NCBI GenBank assembly: GCA_001661245.1
Contig: KV454011.1
Location: forward strand, 1,266,724 to 1,330,723
From: Pachysolen tannophilus NRRL Y-2460
Taxonomy: Eukaryota
Reading direction: 5' to 3'
Length of the DNA: 64,000 nucleotides
In this document: piece after piece, positions 56,066 to 64,000 of the stretch
How positions within the stretch are numbered: the stretch's first letter is position 1
Layout: each line of letters begins with the position of its first letter
Program-made: the position numbers and the translations under genes
Notes under the pieces: model-generated
Told to the model about the DNA's origin: nothing
What the model saw: the letters and a program-made list of their open reading frames with translations, nothing else
The model's database searches: none

Positions 56066-57487
56066 ATGTTATCCAGGACGAAGTCCTTACACTCTTATAG
56101 ACATTTAGGCTTGAGGACATTTATTTCATGGAGATTTTTAATAGACAAAATGTCACCGTATAATAAAGACAGAAAAGAAGAAATAGAGTATGAAAAATGG
56201 ACAAAGAAACAATTGATTAAAAGAATATTAGAGTTGGAAAATGGATCACCCCCTGTGCCACAAAATATAGCACAAAATGGGCCAGCTTTGAAAACATTAG
56301 CGAATGATAATGATAATGGTAATGGTAATGTAGCTATTACCACGGAGAACGGACAATTGAAGAAGAAAAAAGTATTCAATTTGGAAGATCATAATTCAAG
56401 ATTGATAGCTTTAAAGTTTGCATATTTAGGATGGAATTATCAAGGTCTAGCATTCCAAAAATCAGAAACAGATTTACCTACGGTTGAGTATCAAATTTTG
56501 AAAGCTCTAAATTTGACAAAGATGGTTTCTGGTATAGATCCTGCTAATTGTTCATTTAGTAGATGTGGTAGAACAGATAAAGGGGTAAGTGCCATGAATC
56601 AAGTTATTTCTTTGAAGGTTAGATCAAATTTAACACCAGAAGAACAAAAAGATCCTACAAATGATTCTAGAGAATTAGATTATGTGAATATTTTGAATCA
56701 AGTTCTTCCTTCAGATATAAAATTTCATGCTGTATGTTTACGACCTCCTGTTGGATTTGATGCAAGATTTAGTTGTAAATATCGTCATTATAAATATATT
56801 TTTGAAAAGCGAAATTTGGATATAAAAGCAATGTCAATTGCAGCATCTAAATTTGAAGGTGTTCATGATTTTAGGAATTTTTGTAAAATTGATGGTTCAA
56901 AGCAAATTACAAATTTTATTAGAGAAATATTTAGTGCTAAAATTGAAAAATTAAAAGAGAACGACGATGATTATTATATTTTCAACTTAAAAGGAAGTGC
57001 ATTCTTATGGCATCAGGTGCGTTGTATGATGGCAATTCTATTTTCAATTGGTCAAAAGCTTGAAAAACCTGAAATCATCGATGATTTGATGAATATTGAA
57101 AAATTTCCTAAAAAACCTGTTTATGCAATGGCTCATGATATACCTTTAGTATATTATGATTGCGAATTTGATGACGTTGAATGGACTACACCATTGAATG
57201 TAGCTAAGGAGTCAAGATCAAATGCAGGATTGAGAGCTTTGAAGTTTGACTACAACTTAAAATCTTTGATATCAAATATGATGTATGATACTTCTGTGAA
57301 ACATAGAGCTGAATTAGAAGATAGAATAACAATAAACAATGGGGATGGTAAGGGAAGAAACTCAAAAGTTTATGTTCCACTAGCTAATCGTGATTCTATC
57401 GATACCCCGGAAGTTATAAATGAAAAATGGATAACAAAAAGGAAAAAGAGAAAACTTGAAGACGGTGAAGATGATGGTAACGAATAA
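56066..57487 (+). CDS. DEG1: tRNA pseudouridine 38/39 synthase (Pus3)
   Basis: IALKFAYLGWNY.GLA.Q, SRCGRTDKGVSAMNQVISL, FDARFSC..RHY.Y, HDFRNFCK.DGSKQITN, GSAFLWHQVRCM. In-frame ATGs at 56066 and 56150. Confidence 0.95.
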   Translation: MLSRTKSLHSYRHLGLRTFISWRFLIDKMSPYNKDRKEEIEYEKWTKKQLIKRILELENGSPPVPQNIAQNGPALKTLANDNDNGNGNVAITTENGQLKKKKVFNLEDHNSRLIALKFAYLGWNYQGLAFQKSETDLPTVEYQILKALNLTKMVSGIDPANCSFSRCGRTDKGVSAMNQVISLKVRSNLTPEEQKDPTNDSRELDYVNILNQVLPSDIKFHAVCLRPPVGFDARFSCKYRHYKYIFEKRNLDIKAMSIAASKFEGVHDFRNFCKIDGSKQITNFIREIFSAKIEKLKENDDDYYIFNLKGSAFLWHQVRCMMAILFSIGQKLEKPEIIDDLMNIEKFPKKPVYAMAHDIPLVYYDCEFDDVEWTTPLNVAKESRSNAGLRALKFDYNLKSLISNMMYDTSVKHRAELEDRITINNGDGKGRNSKVYVPLANRDSIDTPEVINEKWITKRKKRKLEDGEDDGNE

Positions 57488-57724
57488 TTTAAAATTCGTC
57501 CCGACTCACTTTTTAAGCCTCTTGTGTATATATATGTTGTTTTAAGTGTAGTAATAGTAAAAAAATATTCCAGACCCAGATAAATAAAATACTGCAACAA
57601 CAACAATAACTAAACCATTAAACCATCAAATGAATATAACTAACTAACTAACTAATTAACTGCGCGGCGAGAACTTAATCAACTTTTGAATGCGGCTCAA
57701 GTTTAATAATTGTACGTTTGAAGT

Positions 57725-57734
57725 CCTAAAAAGG
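57725..57734. promoter_or_regulatory. CArG box (candidate Mcm1 site) upstream of STE3
   Basis: CCTAAAAAGG followed by AAA, ~380 bp upstream of the STE3 ATG; alpha-specific genes use Mcm1 with alpha1. Confidence 0.45.
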
Positions 57735-58111
57735 AAATTTTTTTTTTCTCATCTGTTGTACATCAAAGAAACTTCGTTAATGATGATAAGCAAACACCGT
57801 CTAAATTGAATTCCTATCTTGAATCTCGTAATGATTCAAGATCTAAATCTTCTTTTGTAATGAAATTGGCTGCATGTATTGTTTTTTTGGGGTTACAATG
57901 AGGTTTCAAATTTGCAGATAGCGTTTGGGCCTTGATTGATCTTTTAATTATATATATAAGATTGGTCAAGTTATCATTTCAAAATATCTTTTTTTAAACA
58001 CTTGTTCATTCATAAATATTGTTCTTAGTCTCAGCTTTATTATTTATTCTTTAATAGTTTTGAAATACAAGTAGAAGTAATTGAAAAAAAGCCAAAAAAA
58101 AAAAAAAAGAA

Positions 58112-59548
58112 ATGGGGTACGAACAAGCACTTCAAGCTTTATCAATTATTAGCTTTCTATCATTAATACCCCCATTGGTATGGAATATTAAATGTAGAAA
58201 TGCTCCAGCAATTGTTCTAGTAGTCTGGCTTTTATTATTGTTAATAAAAGAAGTGGTTGATGCTTCAGTTTGGAGTGGAGAAGATTTTGCCGAAAGATGG
58301 GATGGTAGAATATGGTGTGATATAATGGTTAAAATTCAAGTTGGATCAAACATTGGTATCTTGACTTCGATAACAGCTGTTTGCTTAAACTTGTACATTA
58401 TATTATGTGCAAATAATTTGACTATAATGTGGTTTGCTTCAGCAAAAAGGAAATTATTTATTGAATTGTTGATAACACTCATTTTCCCATTTTGCATTAT
58501 GGGATTAAATTATATTGTTCAAAATATTAGATACATTATCTTGAGGTATGCTGGTTGTGAAATTAGTACAACAGATTCGTGGGTTGTTGTTGTGTTATAT
58601 TCGATGTGGATGGTTATTTTTTCTTTAATTGCCTTTATTCTTGCGTTATTGACAATAATCAAATATTTTAGAAGACGGAAAGATGTTAAAGATATTTTGA
58701 ATTGTACAAATTCTGGTTTAAGTCTTAGAAGGTTTGCAAGACTTTTAATTTTTTGTATCTTGATCATTTTAGTGATGTTTCCAATTTCCCTTTATTATTT
58801 CTGTTCTGAGGTAACTTCAATTGTAGGTGGTTACAGTTGGGATGAAGTTCATGATCCTTCAACTTGGGACCTTGTTGTCTTTATAGATGAACCTTCACCT
58901 TTGTTTGATAGATGGATTTATATTTTTGTCTCATTATTTTGCTTTTTAATTTTTGGTTCAGGTGAAGATGCTTTTCTCATGTATAGGGATTGGCTTACAC
59001 TGATTGGTTTTGGTCCTCTTATTTCAAAATATGAATATTTTAAGAAAAGAAAAACTCAAGGGGATTTTGATTCATTTAAAGAAGAAACAAATAATAACAT
59101 TTATCAATTAAATGATGTTGAAGCATTCACTGGAACTAGTTCTTTGCAAAAATATGATTCCATGACAAAAGACGATGATGATGCAATTTTAATGAAAATG
59201 TCAGATCTTAATTATAAGATCCCTCAAAGTGCCTCTACATCAGAAACTGCAGATACTTATTATTTAAGAAACGATTCTATTATAAGTGATGAGGAACAAG
59301 AATTTCAAAAAAAGAAAAATACCGTTACTGTGACAAACACTGCAATTTCTAATAATGAAAATGAAGATGATTTATCCTTGGATAATAGTGACGAATATTA
59401 TATTCAACAGTTCTTTAAAGAAAACAATATTGACCCTAAAAACAGTGAAAATGAACAATTAAGTTCTGACATAAATTTGAAAATCACTTATTTCACAAAA
59501 CAGCAGAAACGACTTGCTACAGAAGATGAAGATAAGGAAAAGAATTGA
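58112..59548 (+). CDS. STE3: a-factor pheromone receptor (7-TM GPCR)
   Basis: PPL.W....RN.PAI.L..W, W.G..WCDI..K...G, RY.I....GC, RKD..DIL.CTNSGL...RFARLLIFC, F..FG.G.DA..MY. Confidence 0.95.
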   Translation: MGYEQALQALSIISFLSLIPPLVWNIKCRNAPAIVLVVWLLLLLIKEVVDASVWSGEDFAERWDGRIWCDIMVKIQVGSNIGILTSITAVCLNLYIILCANNLTIMWFASAKRKLFIELLITLIFPFCIMGLNYIVQNIRYIILRYAGCEISTTDSWVVVVLYSMWMVIFSLIAFILALLTIIKYFRRRKDVKDILNCTNSGLSLRRFARLLIFCILIILVMFPISLYYFCSEVTSIVGGYSWDEVHDPSTWDLVVFIDEPSPLFDRWIYIFVSLFCFLIFGSGEDAFLMYRDWLTLIGFGPLISKYEYFKKRKTQGDFDSFKEETNNNIYQLNDVEAFTGTSSLQKYDSMTKDDDDAILMKMSDLNYKIPQSASTSETADTYYLRNDSIISDEEQEFQKKKNTVTVTNTAISNNENEDDLSLDNSDEYYIQQFFKENNIDPKNSENEQLSSDINLKITYFTKQQKRLATEDEDKEKN

Positions 59549-60048
59549 AAAAGAAAGTCGTTTAATTTCATAACGATAAATATTTATCAAACATTTTTTT
59601 TTCTTTTTTTATTATTATTATTATCATCATATAGTTCGTTATATTTTTGTTTTAATGTGTTTCCTTGACTTTTTTCATCATAATATAATCTCTACAGTAT
59701 AATTTAAAGATATTAGTAAATTTTTCTTTTGTTGTTAACTCATTTTACATTAATCAATGAATACGGATTCTCTTTGATTTATTTACAAGTAAAAATTTGG
59801 AGAAACAAAAACAAATATATATATAAGAGACAATTGAGTTTAACAAAATTAAAGTGGTGGTATACAACAAAATAGAAACTATTATAAAATAAATAACTAG
59901 ATTTTAAAAAAAAAGAAAAATAACTAAAAAGAATGAGAAAAAGAGTAAAATAACAACATACTAATAATAAAAATAATAAAAATAATAAAAAAATTTTGAT
60001 TTTTTTTTCTCTCTGAAAAACAACGTCTTAATCACCAAGCTATATTAT

Positions 60049-60450
60049 TCAAGCAGTTTGAGTTTCTTCTTCTTTCAGTTTTGGGAACTTAATTGCCTCA
60101 ATGTTATTTTGAAATAACATTAAAGAATAACTTTTTGAACCATCTTCTTTTTCAAAAGATGTATTAGACGCGTCAGCTTCAACATAAACTTTTGCACCTT
60201 TACCAAGATATTTTTGCATAAATTCAACCTGAGTTGGACTAAATACTGCAATATTAAACCAGCTTGTTGTTTGAACACCTTTAGTCTTACCATTAATAGC
60301 AATTGAGTATTTCAAATAATTTTTACCTGTTGATGTTGTTTGTTCAACCAAGTCAGTACCAATTGTACCAATCATGGTCATCTTAGCAAATTTATTTGCC
60401 GGAGTAGTCGAAAACAAACGAGCTGTATTAAAAAACTGACTTTTAAGCAT
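60049..60450 (-). CDS. RIM1: Mitochondrial single-stranded DNA-binding protein
   Basis: Presequence MLKSQFFNTARLFSTT, FAKM..IG.IG, YLKYSIA, T.WFNI.VF, KGA.VYVEADA.N..FE.EDGSK. Confidence 0.93.
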   Translation of the reverse strand: MLKSQFFNTARLFSTTPANKFAKMTMIGTIGTDLVEQTTSTGKNYLKYSIAINGKTKGVQTTSWFNIAVFSPTQVEFMQKYLGKGAKVYVEADASNTSFEKEDGSKSYSLMLFQNNIEAIKFPKLKEEETQTA

Positions 60451-60752
60451 GATCTCTTGACAAAATATATCAACAATAATATTAATAAATTATTATACCT
60501 TGACTATGAATTACAATTACAATTACAATAATATTAATATTATTAATATTATTATTATTTATTTGTTGGTTTCTCGTTGTTAAAAACTTTTTTGGTTTTT
60601 AGAAACACGACTGTTTTTGTTTCAGTAGCAAAGAAAAGAGATAAGCAACTAGGGTAGATAGAACAGGTTAATTATAATTAAATATTTTTAATTATAATTG
60701 AATTCATTGAAATATATAAATATAAAATATATTGATTGGTATTATCTTTATA

Positions 60753-60857
60753 ATGGCTTTGAATCAACAGCATCAGAATAAAAATTGTTCTCAACCGTGT
60801 TTGAATGATTTATCTTCAAATGTTGTTTCCAGTTTAGATGCTAGTGCTAGATCCCAA

Positions 60858-60888
<31 letters not shown>

Positions 60889-61907
60889 GGAATGATAATG
60901 TTACTGGCTTTGATTCTAATTTAGATGATTCACATTGGATTTTATTTTCACCTTCAAACTCTTCAGAAGTAGCCAATATTGATTCAGAAGGTGATGGTGA
61001 TGATGACGTGTTGTCATCATTATCTTGTAAGACTATAGATGACAAGGGCGAGAATGGTAATAATAATAAGCGCCATCGTTCAACTTCTTCTCCTGGCTCA
61101 GATTCAGAAGATTCTTTAATAGAATCATTGAATGAAAACCATAGTAAGTCATCGATATATAATGGTAATGATTTAACCACAAGAATTGATAATTGGAGAA
61201 AAGAACTGATTGGTTCAGTTATAAGCGGGTCAAATAATAGTGGCGATGATAATGCATCTGTTGGTGGTAATAAAGATCAACTGGAAAATTCAGAATTTAT
61301 GAAAAGTTGGGGAATTGATAATTCTAGTATTAAAAGTGGAAATACTAATAATAATAATAATAATAATAAATCTTTTAAAAAAATTAAAAATTCAAAATCA
61401 GATAAATTATTTTATGGTTCTGAAATTTTGAGTCAATATGATAAAAAACAATTAAAAATTATTGGTCAAATCATAGTGAAATTATCAAAAGAATTATATG
61501 TTGAAAATGGGAAAAATGATAAAATTTCATCCTTAAAACAAATGGAATTTACAAATTATCATTCAACATATTTACAACATTTACAAGAACTGAATCAAAA
61601 AAAATTTTCCAATAACAATAAAATACCACCTGATACTAATAATATTAAACAAAGACATTCTGTTGGTGGGAAATTTTTAAATAATCCTGATTTAGAAAAA
61701 TATTTACCATTATTCATAAAAAATTTGATACTTAATAATAAAAATAATGTAAGAGCCAAATTTTTTGATAAAAATGAATTATTAGATGAAGAAAAAGAAC
61801 GTAATCAATCAAGTCATTTTTGGAATAATGATTTGAAAAGTTGTAATTCATCTTTATTGACAATGTCAACTAATTCACTTATACTTAATTTTGGTTTAAA
61901 TGCTTAA
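60753..61907 (+). CDS. Hypothetical Asn/Ser-rich protein
   Basis: Long ORF with short conserved-looking islands (WILFSP, RIDNWR, SWGI, FYG, HFW); first ATG 60753. Confidence 0.7.
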
Positions 61908-62709
61908 GAGTCTTTCAATTAACTCTTTTGTAAGAAAAGATGAATAAATACATTTATAACGTGAGGATGAGGGGAAAGGGAGGTTTAGGTTTAGGTTTTG
62001 ATGACAGAAAGGAATTGAAAGGAAAGGAAAGGGGAGTTGGAGTTTTATTTGGATATGATATGGGTGTAGTATGTATCATTGTATATTCTTTGGGAATGAT
62101 TATTGTTTTAATTAAGCTATGTTTTCAATATTCTGATACTTCTCCTGTTATTCCAAACACTGTATATAATTCTATCTACTATATCATTAATAGTTATTAT
62201 AGACGCAAAAACAGTTTACGAAAACAGATGAAAAAATTACCCCCAATTTTGGGGGTTAACTGTATCCGTAGTAACACTTGAACAAATCTTGCATATTTTT
62301 TGTTTTTTGTTTTTTGTTTGCATTCTTTAATCAAATTTGTTACACAAAAACCAAATTAAAGACTTACAAAAACAGGTTTCTATTGGCTCAAATTATGATT
62401 TCTAGCACCTGAGAAGCTTGAATGTAAACTTCCTTTCTCCTCTTCCCCCTATCTTGCAAAAAAAAATTATCAAACGGTTTTATTGGGAATTAGCTTATCA
62501 TTAATCTCAAACTATTGTTAAATTTTGAAGTAAAAAATTATTTTTTTTTTCTTTTTTTTTTTTTTTTTTGGTTCTTTGGTTCTTTAGTTCTTTGATTCTT
62601 TGCTTCTTCAAAGCAGATGCATCCTTTTGAATCATCGTGATCTTGAGTTTTTTTTTTTTTTTTTTTTCTTTTTTTTTTTTTTCAAAGTAAAATATTGCTA
62701 AGGACTATT

Positions 62710-64000
62710 ATGGATTCAATCTTTTCCAACTCCCATAATGAAAGTTTGCATAATTCAATAATTTCATTTCTTAATACATCTTCTCCATTGACAAATGCAC
62801 TTTTGATTTTACTTTCCGTTGCTATATTATACTTAGGACTGGATATCTCTGGACTAACTTGTACTGAAGTTATCAAGAATATTCCTTCAATTCCAAGTTA
62901 TCCCATAGTAGGTAATGCTTTTCAAGTTATATATAATCCATCAATAAGATATTTTGAATGGGCAAAAGAATATGGTGATGTTTTTCAAATAAGATTAGGT
63001 ATTAAGCGTGTTATAGTCGCTAACTCTTATGATTCTATAAAAGATTTATGGATTAGAAATTGTAATTCAAATAATTCAAGACCAGTTTTACATACTTTCC
63101 ATAAAGTATTATCTAAATCTGCAATTTATACCATTGGTACAACACCTTTTGGTGAATCATATAAAAAAAAGAAAAAATATGTTTCAACTCATTTAAATAA
63201 AAGAAGTGTGGATAGTTTTTCTAAATTAATTGGTGATGAAACAACATGTGCTGTCTTCAGAGTTTTATTAAATTCAAAAAATGAACAGATTTATGGAAGA
63301 AAAGGTGTTGATATGGATATGCTTAAATTTGTTCAATATTTTTCACTTAGAATAAGTTTAAAATTAACTTATGATTATACAATAGATGTAGATTATTCTG
63401 AAAGAAATTTAGCAGATGAAATTATTTATGTTGAAAATTGGATTACTAGAATGAGATCTCATACTTCAAATTTACAAGATTTTATTCCATTATTAAGATG
63501 GTTATCCTTTGATAAAAATTCAAAAGCAGAAGAACTTAGACGTAGAAGAGATGAATATATGGATAAATTTTTTGAATATGCACAAAGTTCTAAATCAAAA
63601 AATTGTCTTGTTAATGAAGTATTATTGGATCCAGAAAGAAATATTTCAATTAATGAATTGAAAAGTATTTGTTTAACTATGGTTAGTGCTGGTTTAGATA
63701 ATACTGGATTAAATCTTGATTATTGTTTAGGTCATTTATCAAATCTGGAAAAAGGTTATAGAATTCAATCTATAGCTTATCAAGAAATTTTAAATAGTTA
63801 TGGTTCACTGTTTAATGCATGGAAAAATTGTACAGAAGAATTTAGTTGTGAATATATTGTTGCATTAATTAGAGAAACTTTAAGACATATGACAGTGTTA
63901 CCATTAAGTTTACCAAGAGAAACTACTAAAGATATTCATTATCATAATGCTATAATTCCAAAAGGTACAATTCTTTTCATGAATGCTTATGCAGGAAATC
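62710..64000 (+). CDS. Cytochrome P450, phenylacetate 2-hydroxylase (PhacA/CYP504-like) type; 3' end beyond the window
   Basis: Translated by hand from ATG 62710: TM anchor, PIVGN, YGDVFQIRLG..V...NS, SRP.LHTFHKV..TIGTTP, I-helix SICLTMVSAGLD, K-helix ETLR..TVLPLSLPRET. Confidence 0.9.
   Translation, partial: MDSIFSNSHNESLHNSIISFLNTSSPLTNALLILLSVAILYLGLDISGLTCTEVIKNIPSIPSYPIVGNAFQVIYNPSIRYFEWAKEYGDVFQIRLGIKRVIVANSYDSIKDLWIRNCNSNNSRPVLHTFHKVLSKSAIYTIGTTPFGESYKKKKKYVSTHLNKRSVDSFSKLIGDETTCAVFRVLLNSKNEQIYGRKGVDMDMLKFVQYFSLRISLKLTYDYTIDVDYSERNLADEIIYVENWITRMRSHTSNLQDFIPLLRWLSFDKNSKAEELRRRRDEYMDKFFEYAQSSKSKNCLVNEVLLDPERNISINELKSICLTMVSAGLDNTGLNLDYCLGHLSNLEKGYRIQSIAYQEILNSYGSLFNAWKNCTEEFSCEYIVALIRETLRHMTVLPLSLPRETTKDIHYHNAIIPKGTILFMNAYAGN

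Noticed and set aside
57500..62700. MAT locus near STE3
   Set aside because: No alpha-box, HMG or homeodomain ORFs, no SLA2/DIC1, and no near-identical inverted repeats in the window.

Overview
AT-rich budding-yeast (Saccharomycotina) genomic DNA with about 33 protein-coding genes, four of them spliced (HIR1, a Cys-rich GPI-like gene, NUP60, EFM5). I found no tRNA, rRNA or CRISPR. The main observation is the 7.9-kb gene-free interval between EFM5 and an SPX-RING gene (42829-50745). By manual alignment almost all of it (~43340-50470) is one long, highly degenerate inverted repeat with its axis near 47450 and little or no spacer. Its flanking genes are orthologues of genes beside S. cerevisiae CEN1/CEN7 on the left (CDH1, SWD1, ERP1/6, VPS8, ERG26, NUP60, EFM5) and CEN6/CEN16 on the right (ULA1, SPB4, DEG1), so it is very probably a regional, inverted-repeat centromere. 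CTG codons mostly sit at positions that do not look like Leu, which suggests a CUG-reassigned code, most likely CUG=Ala as in Pachysolen (inference). Also present: a catalytic-domain-less CENP-B/pogo-type HTH gene, STE3, and two homopolymer frameshifts (HIR1, ULA1) that are probably assembly errors. All gene names come from motif recognition, not database searches.
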